Shown here in pieces: positions 52,963 through 64,000 of a DNA stretch of 64,000 nucleotides (its first letter is position 1; every line of letters starts with the position of its first letter). This DNA comes from Lama glama (taxonomy: Eukaryota), in the NCBI GenBank assembly GCA_028534125.1, contig CM052817.1, forward strand, positions 77,564,001 to 77,628,000. The letters run 5' to 3'. Under the pieces are notes generated by a model. It was given only the letters and a program-made list of their open reading frames with translations, was not told the origin of the DNA and did not search any database. The position numbers were made by a program, and so were the translations under genes.

Positions 52963-55900
52963 TCACATGTTCCCTGGTGATAGGGGTGAATTTGGCAAAC
53001 AGGGTCAGGTTATGGAAATTTACTCCTGCCGGAAAGATGTGCCTATGTGAACTGTGTAATACCACTAACTGAAGAAATAGGAAAGCCTAATGGTGTGAGC
53101 CATTTCAAAATAAAACATGTGCCTTAGGAGAAATGTCCATTTGTTCTGAGCTCTCAAAGCTTCTGTCCTTCTGCCCAAACCGATTCTAGGACAGTGGATT
53201 CAAATGGTGTTCTTTAGCACTAGTGACTCCACAAAGATTCCTGAAGTCTTCAGCCTCATTCTTGGCCAGGATATTTTAGTCTTTCCTTTCTTTGCTGTAC
53301 ACTCTAGGTTAAGTGTAATTCAGTCAAATTAGGTACTGACTGTATGTCCAGTATTATATGTAAATGAAAAAGAATGAAAGGGAAATGACAATAGTAATAC
53401 AGGAATAGATGACTTCAGATTGAACATCCACCGATTTCAGGGTCTACACTCTAATACACCATATCCACCATTTTTTAAAGTGCTAAAAACCTTTTTGCTA
53501 TTTTTAAAAATAGGTGTTACTGTATTTAACTATGTTTTCCAATATAATTACAGTTAACAAGTATTAGCAAGTATATATATTCCAAGAAAGTAAGCTTAAA
53601 GAATTAATTCTATGTATTTGTCCTTTTATGATAAAATGTGAAGTTAACTAACATGGAGTTAGTTAAAATTAAAATTAACATGAAGTTAACTAACATGGAG
53701 TTACAGCACTAAAATATCTTTCTTAAAATTAAGAGCTAATTAATAAACTGTACGACATCAAACTCATTTCTTCCTTCTAATTGGGTGGCTCTTTGAGTCA
53801 AAGCATATAAACTCTAAAACCTCCCACCATGTGGAAATGAGTTTCCCTTCTAAAATTCTCAGGCGACCCAAAACTTGACAGCTTTCTGTGCTTTATACCA
53901 CTGATGATATGATTCTCATAATTATATATAATGTTCACCCTAATTTTTGTTTAGTTTTACACTTAACATTTCAAAACTGTCTTCAACAAATTAACTTATA
54001 ATAGATAATTAGTGGGTTGGCTAGAAAAACACCAAATAGCCATGATTTTCAACTGATACATATCTGCCTACAGAGAATGATTTGCTTACTGCTAACATCA
54101 TCAAATTGCCTAGCATTTCATCTTATGGAGACTGTTGGGATTGACAAAGTATTTAATGAGAACTGGAGAGGCCTAAATTCTATTAATAAATAATTTTAGA
54201 AATGTAATGAAGAATCTGCTGGTCAAGTGTCAGCGTCAGTTAGTAGTTTTTCAAAATGCTGAAGTTACTAAGCACCATTTTAATTCACCGTTTTCACAAA
54301 ATTAAGCCTGATATCTAATTTTTATTAAAATAAAAACATATTTACATTACTAAGAGGTCTTTTATTGCATCATTAGAATAAAGGCTAACTATTAGATGAT
54401 GTAAGGCATTAATGCTGAATAATTTTCATTGCCGTAAAATTGGTTTATAAATCAGTTAAAATGATCCATGTAAATTAGTTTCATTTAAGGTAACCACACT
54501 GACCTATTTATCCTTTATAAAAAATATCTTTATACTAAGACTGTCTTGGAAAGATTTTTTAAAGTAGAAAGATATCTTCTATTTTACCTACAGTGAGGGA
54601 ACATGATATTCATCAGAAACAAATCAAATATATAGTTTAGACGTACATACAGTTAAGACCACACTTAAAAAAATATTCACCAGTAGAGGTCACTATTATA
54701 CCAAGTGACTAGGTTTGCCCAGCTGTCACTTAGAAAAATTAGAGGAACTGCCAGAATTTTAACGAAAATCAAAATGCAAATACATAAAATATAGCTACAC
54801 AAGCATATACTGCTATACAAATATTCAAAGGTAAATGTAGATAATTCATCATTTTGTACATTTAATATACATTATCATACTGATTTTCCTATTGTACTGT
54901 GGATACATGTAAATTCATAAATATACATGTATATATGTATTTTTCAATAAATACAGCAATTCATTATTTATGCAAGCCGAAAAGTAAAGTAATCAAATAT
55001 TTACATGTTTAGAAGTTTTCTAACATGTTCTTTATAAAAAGCAACAAAAATGTTATGGCATCATAAAATCAAACTAATATATATTAGCTATATATATTAA
55101 TGCTCTTCCTAAGAAAAAGTCTTCAAAACTGCCCCAGACAGCATAGCCCAATACCAGCACTTAAGGGAGGTAACAGGACATATTCAAAAAGGATTCAATA
55201 CCAACTAAAACAACATCAAATATGCCAGAAAATGCATACACAGAGGCATGGAGATGTGACATAAACTTCAGTTCATGACCAGCAATGCTAAAAAGGAAAC
55301 AAAGGTCGGCTATTCTGTTGTAACTATGTGAGCCAGAAACTCCAGGGTAGCAGAAGAATCTCTGGGTAGAGATACCACAGTTTATCCACCTTGACTACAC
55401 ATCCTACACCCAAGTCAGCAGTCAAGTCAGCAACCAAGGAGTACCTTCTGAGTCAAATAAAATCCCCCACCTGCTCCCAAGTTACATTCACTCTTTTGCT
55501 AATTCCTAAAAGTCTTTTAATAGAAGAAAAGTCCTTTCATGTATCATATTGTTAAATAACAGTCTTGAAATAATGAGTTATGATTTAAATATAGTCACTT
55601 AACAAGCTAACAACTTCAAGTCACTATAGTCAACAGTTTCTAAGTCTTGATGGGGAACATATAAGGGGACAAGAAGTGCTAGAAGAGATAAGAGAAGAAG
55701 AAGAAGAAAGGAAAAGGTACAGAGGACAGAAGACAGTTTCTGCAGACCTCACACTGATCTATGGGTCAGTCTTAATTAAGAGGGTCAGAGCAAAACCATG
55801 CTGTGCACTGAACTATTTTCTTCTTCTCCTTCTCCTCCTCCTCCTCCTTTTTTTTTTTTTTTTGGAATTGCAAGGTTTCTATTCATGAACTGCTTGTATA

Positions 55901-56239
55901 AATATCACTAGATGAACACTATCTATTCCCAGTCCTTACTCTTCCCTGCAAAAACACTTTTGGCTGCTTCTTTCTTTTCTCAAACTTGGCCAGTCATGTA
56001 TCAGTTTATGTGACAGTGAGTTTATACAACTTTCCTGCTACTTCTCTGACCCCTCTTTTACCCTTGCCAGTGATCATTCTCTAAAGATTTCCTTTGTCCT
56101 CTGCTCATCTTCTTTTGCAATCTCTGTCAGTAATTACTCACTTATAATTTTGTTGAAGTATTTTGTTCTTGCAGCTGCAAACTCAGTTCTGCTTTATATG
56201 ATCTGCAGAGATGATTTTCATTTTACTTTGTTTCCAACT

Positions 56240-56780
56240 TTTTACTACAAACATTTTCTTCCAATTTTTTATAGTGAACATTTTGAAATACACAAGAAAG
56301 CTGAAAGTAAAATGAATATCCTACTGCTAGATTCGACAATTTTTAATATTTGCCACATTAGCTATATCTACATATACATGTGTGAATATATTTATTTGTT
56401 TAAATATATTAAATTTAGATACTTATTTATTTTTGGCTGAAACATTTTAAACTAAGGTACAGACATCCTAACACTTCATCCTTAAATACACCAGCATGCA
56501 TCTCTTAAAAATAAGAACAGTCTTCTACTAATCACGGTGATCTTCCTAATTCCAAAGAAAAGGTAACAATAATTCCCCACCAACATCTATATCTACTCCA
56601 TATACAAATTTCCAATTGTCCTCAGAAATGTCTTTGATAGCTATTTGTTTCAACAAAGATCTAATCAAGTTTCATATACTGCATTTGGCTATTATGTCCA
56701 AAAACATCTTATTCAATGACATTGACTTTTTGAAGAGACCCGGCCAGTTATCTTACAGAATGTTCTATAGTTTAGATTTG
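56240..56780 (-). mobile_element. Ancient L1 (L1MC/ME-like) 3' region
   Basis: cacttcatccttaaatacaccagcatgcatctc..tgcatttggctattatgtc..gacattgactttttgaagag..ggccagtt. Confidence 0.55.
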
Positions 56781-57835
56781 CACAGAGGTTAATTTTAAAG
56801 CACCACCACTAAGGAGCTTGGTTACTGAGGACAGTACTGTGACACCATTCAGTACATGAAATAATTTTCTGATAGGTCAAGTGTAGTGTAAAAAACCTAG
56901 AACTTTAATATCAAATAGTAAAGTTAAGGTTCTGTTTCTATGAGCATATGAGGCTTTTAGATGAAACATCAATAATTGAGGGTAAAACTAATTGACACAA
57001 ATTATTTTGGGGGTGAAATAATTTGAAAGAAATGAATAATGAATAGTATAATAAAATAGCATTACAACCAAGAATTCCTGATGCTTTACCCTGGCAGACT
57101 TATATTCCTTAGATTATCCTATCACTTCAGCAAACAACACCAGTATTTTGCTAAGGGTGCAAAGGGAAATATGAGAAAGAACATTTACTCTAAATCCTTT
57201 CCAAAATTCTTCAGAAAGCACACATAAAATTGGGGCAGTAATATCTATAGCTTCAATATATTAATACTTTCTACTGTTTCTGAGTACCAATTAACAACAA
57301 AAAATGAATACAATTTTAAAAATTACAGAAAACATGAAGAAGAAATGAACTACAATAGAGAACTGATCTGACTCCAGCCATAGGTACATGTACTGGTGTG
57401 ACTGAGATCACAGGCTCCCTTCCAGTGTTAGTTAAATCCCCATGGCTGATTCCAGATCAGAACAGACTCACAGAAAAAATGTGTTTGAAACCTATCAAAT
57501 TTCCAGTGAAGTTCCAATATCCAATGAAAAAACGTAACTGAAATATAGTACTTGTGGGCCTTAAATGAGCCAGTTCACAAAACACGCTGTACTCAGGCCT
57601 ATACTAATCATGACACCATTCACTGTAAGAAAGCATTCTCCTACAGGTCAACTGCAGTGGAAAAAACCCTGGAACTATAACATCAAATAGTAAAGTACTT
57701 TCACAAATGGAATTATTTGTGGGAGGAAAAAAGCAGCTGACCCTTCCATGTCTTAAATGAAAAAGGCCAGGAAGTAACTGTTTAGCCATTATTATATACT
57801 TGTGATAAAGACAGATAAACAGTAAATCTTCTTAC

Positions 57836-57903
57836 CTTGGTAAAGTATCTGATGATTTTTCTAATTCCTCACGTTCCATGTGAAACACACTAGAAAAAGA
57901 ATC
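57836..57903 (-). CDS. PDE5A: PDE5A coding exon (exon 7 equivalent), DSFSSVFHMEREELEKSSDTLP(R)
   Basis: Manual translation; 68 nt, phase 0/2; acceptor ttttcag, donor gtaaga. Confidence 0.96.
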
Positions 57904-59851
57904 CTGAAAACAGACCAACAACACAGACTGAAAAATAAGTTTGAGAAGGTAATGAAAACTATCCAGATACAGACAGACAAATCTGTGCGACTGACTGAAG
58001 ACACCACTGTTTGTGACATTTTTTTAGCTTTTTCTCAAAGAAACCGAGTGCTTTAGGACATCCTCACGTCTACTTCCCGTTACTAAGAACCATGCTCCTG
58101 CTGTTTCTCATACTAACTTGCAAAAATGCTTATTTGAATACTATTTGTTTTTGCTTTGCTACCAACTGTTAATGAATATATTAGCTTCAAATTTTCTCCA
58201 TATTTATTCAAAATCCTCAAGTTTTAGCTTTCATGCATACATTGATTGCTTTTTTTTTAAAGACATAATTCAGGAATACTTTATGAAACCCTGAAATTAT
58301 GAAGATTTTAATAACATTGAGAAGTACTTTTGAAGTTCGACTAAAAAGCAGAATACACAGTTGCACTCATGCTGTATTTACAACTAAATAAACTGGAAGG
58401 AAACACAGAAATAAAACAATGACATTAGTTTAATTAGGGGGTTGAAGGACGTACATTTTCTTTTTCTTGCTCACATTTAGATTTTTGCTCATGTTGTTGA
58501 AATATTTTTAATAAAAAATAATTATAATATAAATGAACACCAAGTCACTTAACTGTTACACTCCACAAATTAATTTGTTAAAAAGTAAGCAAAATATATT
58601 AAAGGGCATATTGCTGAGCTATACCTCAAAGCACCACTGACACCAGTCAGTTGCTGCCTTGATAGGTGTTAACTGGTCATTCAGCATGAGCTGAATGTTA
58701 ATTAAAGTGATATTTAAACTGTCTGAAAATAGAAGTACCCTTGTGTATAACTTTCAAAAATTCAATGCTGAAGAGCAGGTCACAGAGCAAAAATGATAAA
58801 TTGACATACTGCATTGACGAATTCTGACCTGAACTTTAAAAGGATGGCTGTGATCTTCTAATTATCTCTTTGGGAAAGGAGTTTATAACTGATTGAAAAT
58901 ATGAAATAATATCTTTGAGAATACCGATTATCTTATATACAGCACAGTGAATTCTCATTTGATTTCTTATTAATGAGAATTACACACAAACAGAGAATGA
59001 TTCAGATAATGTTGAATCATACAGTACAGGCTCACTATTTAAAACAATTTAAAATTTTTAAAATATAAGTATTAAATATCTTTTATTATTCTACTTCCCC
59101 CCAAATCATCAATTCAGATATCATGTATGGATTGTTACTAGCCTACATAATTGAAAACCCCATTCTCTTTCCTAACCCACCAATGAGAGCCTATTCTCAA
59201 GGTCTAAAGGAAAAAAAAAACCAACTACATCAAAAAGAAATATCCCCAAAACAGTGGTTCATTGGCTGAGAAGGAAAAGAAACTACATAAAGGAAAACCG
59301 CTTTAGGCTAAGAGTCCTGATTCTAACAGCAAAGTCAGTTGGCCTGTCCAGAAGTAACCAGCACTCTGTGAGAACACTCCATCTTTCCTCACACATCTTA
59401 TTTCTTTACATTACAAATCAATGGCTTGAACTCTACCAATGAGAACAGTTTAGTGGCTTTGCTCTGTGGGTAATGAACTTAGGACTTACAGCCATCTTTA
59501 GTAACACTGCCTCCACTGGGCCATGCCTTTTGTTTTCTATACAATCTCTTGTAAAAAGAAATTTCTATACCCAACCTATTCAGAATGGGGGGAGGGGTCT
59601 ACCTGTTCATTGCAAGAGGGCACCACTATTTCTAACCATAAAAGGTCTGCACACCATAATGACAATGTACTTCTTCATCAAGGCAGGGCAGCCGTTGACA
59701 AAGGCAGCACACTGACATTCCCATGGTAGCTACTTAGTGGAGGGCTCCAAGGTGAAAGGGTGCACTGAAGGCATCCTCCAACCTCACCTCTACCCCTTTT
59801 CCACCAGAACAGATCATACTCTGGTTGACTTTACATAAACAACCATATTCA

Positions 59852-60097
<246 letters not shown>

Positions 60098-60284
60098 CTA
60101 GACAAAAGAAATAAGAACTTATTATTTAGCAATTGCTTGCAATTATTAAAGCAATACGATGATTTATATGTTGTTTTATAAGTTGTTTCTATATAATCTA
60201 ACAAGTTACAACCAAGCTTTCTTTCAAGTGTTAAATATCTAAGTCTCTGCTCACCAACAAAGCTTCCCTGTTGATGGTTAGTAC

Positions 60285-60490
60285 AATTAGTATAGTGGTT
60301 ACGATCACCGACTCTGAAGCCAGAGCCAACAGTTTTTAATTCTAGCTTCCCCTCCTGCCAGCTTTGTGATTTAGAGCAAGTTTCTTAAAAATGTGGATAA
60401 TAATAGCCCCCAAATCATGAGGCTGTTGTGAGAATGAAATAAGTTAACATTTATAGAGCATTTTGAGCAGGATCGAATACAGAAGACACA
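60285..60490 (+). mobile_element. MIR SINE
   Basis: agtatagtggttacga..gactctgaagccaga..gttgtgagaatgaaataagttaac. Confidence 0.6.
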
Positions 60491-61953
60491 CTACTGTTTT
60501 TGTTGATCCAAACTTCTGAGATCAATATTTATCAACATTGCCAATATTTTCACAGAGCACAATAAACACTGTCCAAAATAAACAAAGTTTTAAGAGTTCC
60601 TTTTGTGTTTTTCCTGGTAATTTCCCATTCCTTTAATTCCATAGAATTTCATCTAATCTCACAAAATATTTGTGCAATGACAGGGGAGAAAGGGTATTAC
60701 AGAAAATTTATTGGAGGTGATACTATCCTAGCTCAGTCCAAATCATTCAGGTGAAGTGGAGAAGGAAAATATCTCAGTCAAAAAGAACTGGATTGAGAGA
60801 AAGTAGTGGACTGCAAGTTTCAATCAAGTTTTATGAGGATATAGAGTGTAAAGAGGAAAACTGGGGAGATGAGGTTGCAGAGTCAAGCAGAGAAAGGACC
60901 TCAAAAGCCCTATACATCTTCTGAAGCGGTCTGGACTGTGATGGAGGGCAGGAAACAAGTGACAAGACCACAGGTGTGTTTGTAACAATGAAGACTGGAT
61001 TATGGGTGGCAGGAATGGAGCAGGGAGAAGTTAGGAAGATACTGCAGCTGACGGCAATAGAAGGTCCCCGGTCATATTAACACAAGTTCTAAAAAGAAAT
61101 TAGAGGGGTGCGGGAGATGAATTATCAAAGAAATAATAGAAAAAGATTACATAAAACTGAATGGCTTAAGTCTCCAGACTGAAAGGAATGACCAGGTAAC
61201 ATCATGATGAATGAAAAAAAGAATCATATTGTGAAATTCAGTTATAAGAGCTAAAAAAAATTGTCTTTAATTCTGAAAAAAATCCAAAAAGCTTAGTGAC
61301 AAAAAAAAAAAAAAAATGCCAAGAATCAGAACAATATGGAGGCGAGTAGAAGACAAAGTACCACCTTTAAATCCTTAGGAACTAAATTTTCAATTTAGTA
61401 TTTTATACCCAGACAAATTGGCAGGATGTTACAATAGATATTTTCATATATGCAAGGCTTTTCGGAAAGCTTACCTCACCAATACCGGTCTCGGGTAGTT
61501 AACTGAGAATGTGCTATAACAGAACAAAGGAGTAACTGAGAAAGAAGGAGTGTTGGGATCCAGGGGATAACCAGTGGAGTCTCTCTAAGAAAGCAGTAAA
61601 GGAAAGTTCTATGATGACCCCTGTGCAGCAAGCATAGGGAGAAACTGTTTCACTTGAAAGAAGAGAGGGAACTTCAACTTGGAGAGCTCCATGAAAAAGA
61701 AAAACTCAACAGAATGCCTAAATAATGGAGAGTTTGGGGGGTTGGGACCAACATGAGGCTACACTAGAGCAAAGAGTTCAAAGAAAAAAAGACAAAATTT
61801 CAGAAACATCAAGAAAAACTAAGTTCTATAACAAAAGTAATATGAACAACATTTACATAGGCATGGTATTTATAAACACTTTATTTTAAACTGTAATTTT
61901 AGAACTAACCTAGACAAAGCTTAAGAAAAGTTAATTGTGGCTGTAGAACAATA

Positions 61954-62442
61954 CAGTTCTTCCATTTACAATGGGGTTACATCCTGATAAATCCATTGTT
62001 AAGTTGAAAATACTGAAAGTCAAAAATCCATTTCATACACCTAACCTACTGAACATCATGGCTTAGCCTAGCCTTCCTTAAACACGCTCAGAACACTTAC
62101 ACTAGCCTACAGGTGGGCAAAATCATCTAACACAAAGCCTATTTTATAACGAATAATATCTCATGTACTTTACTGAATACTGTACTGAAAGCAAAAAATA
62201 GAATGGCTGTGTGGGTACAGAACAGTTGTTAAGTGTATTGGATGTTCATCCTCATGATCGCATGGCTAACTGGGAGCTGCACTACTGCTACCGTCCAGCA
62301 TCGCGAGAAAGCCTCTTACCAGGAAAAGATCAATATTCAAAATTCGAAGAATGGTTTCTACTGAATGTGTGGAATAGCTTTTCCATAACCATAAAGTAGA
62401 AAAAAATTCTAAGTTGAGTCGTCGTAAGTTGAGGATTGTTTG
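61954..62442 (+). mobile_element. MER47/Tigger5-family (TcMar-Tigger) element, flanked by TA and nested in old L1-like sequence
   Basis: atggggttacatcctgataaa..cctaacctactgaacatcatggcttagcctagcc..gggcaaaatcatctaacacaaagcctattttataa..cgtaagttgagg; TA dinucleotides at both ends. Confidence 0.8.
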
Positions 62443-62918
62443 TATATATGTTATCAATGTGGGCAACATAAAAGACAAAGTCCAGATGGAAAAAGTAGAG
62501 GTAAGGAGTTGTAGTTGGGAAGGAGACATAAGGGATGCTAAGACCCTCATCTTACAAAGCTTGGAATCCAGAGATTCATCCATATCCATCATCCATATAA
62601 GGATGATGTCTCTAATTGACAGAGTAAGAAGTAAAACCCTGAATTTAATGCTACAAATGCAACCCATCCAGTAACTTAAAACAGTGACATAGCAATATTG
62701 ATAGGATAAGGGTAATGGCAAGTAAAGGATGGTGTAAGTAAAATAAATCCTCATCTGCTAAGTTAATGAATACTGTCTAATAGTGATAAAGCAACAGTGC
62801 ATGGGAATTAGGAAATCCAAAAAATAACTGTTAGAAGAAACAGCTAAACTATTTAAAAACTGAATCTGAACAATTTGGATTTCTAATGAAACACATATAT
62901 TACTTGGATAATAATTTA

Positions 62919-63062
<144 letters not shown>

Positions 63063-64000
63063 CTAGAAAACAGGTAAGACCACAGCCAAGTAAGAACTGT
63101 CTATAAAACTGTCTTGTTATATTGCCTGAAACACAAACAGCATCCAAAAATATTTACAGTTTAAATAAATATTAGAAAACCAAACAGTGCAGATGTTTAT
63201 TCTGCAAAAAATTAGGAACTGATGCAAAGCAAGTGTTAGCTACACGGCACAACTAGTAGATAACAAGTGTTAACACACAGTCTCCTAACGTCATACATTA
63301 TAAGTTAACAAGGAGAAAGAGGGATCTCTTTATATCATTTGAAATTGAAATTCACTCTATGCAAAATTCAGTGTAGTCTCTGAATTATATTAAGACTAGA
63401 TTTAAGCTAAGACTATAAAAATAGCTCGTAACTTATTACTGGGGCAAACTGAAAGCTCACATACTTGTTAGGAGGATACTGGCAATAACAGTCCCATCCA
63501 GAGCTGCAAATATTAGTTTAAAATATGTCTTTTTAAATATAGATCTATCACCTTCATTATACCATACTAAGGTGATGTACTCACAATTACACTAATTATT
63601 GATCAACATAAATCTTTACATGGCAAATTTTATTCACAATCATGAATTTATTTTGCCATCAGATGATACAGCCTAAGAATGCAAATCTTTCAAGCAGGGT
63701 TTACATTAATGGACTATAAACGAATAACAGAATAAGCAGCCAATCTAAAACCATGTTCCCCACCAAATATTCTCAGCTGTCATTAACAGAATAGGAGACT
63801 AGATGTCTATTACACTGATTTTAAAAGGTACTTGCTATGTTTTGAAGCAGTTAAGACATGGGGACCAACACCAGTGCCAATACAGCCTACAGCACAGAGA
63901 CAGAAATAACTCTGTCTCGTTGGAATGTCTTCCAAAAGCTCCTACTAATTTTCAGGGCAGTGACATAAATAGCAATGGGCTTGAATAGGAATAATTCAGT

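Noticed and set aside
62211..62754. 162-aa and overlapping ORFs
   Set aside because: They fall within the Tigger-type element and old L1-like sequence, with no recognisable transposase motifs

Overview
Mammalian genomic DNA, most likely camelid, judged from a tRNA-Ala-derived vic-1-like SINE and camelid-type L1 3' ends. Three assembly gaps are each exactly 500 N. The right two-thirds (22290-64000) carries nine consecutive coding exons of PDE5A (cGMP-specific phosphodiesterase 5A) on the minus strand, equivalent to human exons 5-13. They splice in frame to 1002 nt / 334 aa, covering the GAF-A end, GAF-B and the start of the catalytic domain including YHNWRH. The exon 5 donor is a non-canonical GC. 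I could not find the remaining catalytic exons (14 onward) on either strand left of the gap at 21790-22289, so the 1033-21789 contig looks misplaced or mis-joined. The rest is intronic or intergenic DNA with L1, L2, MIR, ERVL/MaLR LTRs and DNA-transposon relics. I see no convincing novel multi-gene system. The oddities are small-scale: an intronic copy of part of exon 12, complementary L1 fragments, a tiny TSD-flanked L1 tail, an internally duplicated SINE and several perfect hairpins. Repeat family names and human residue/exon numbers come from recall, not from a database search.
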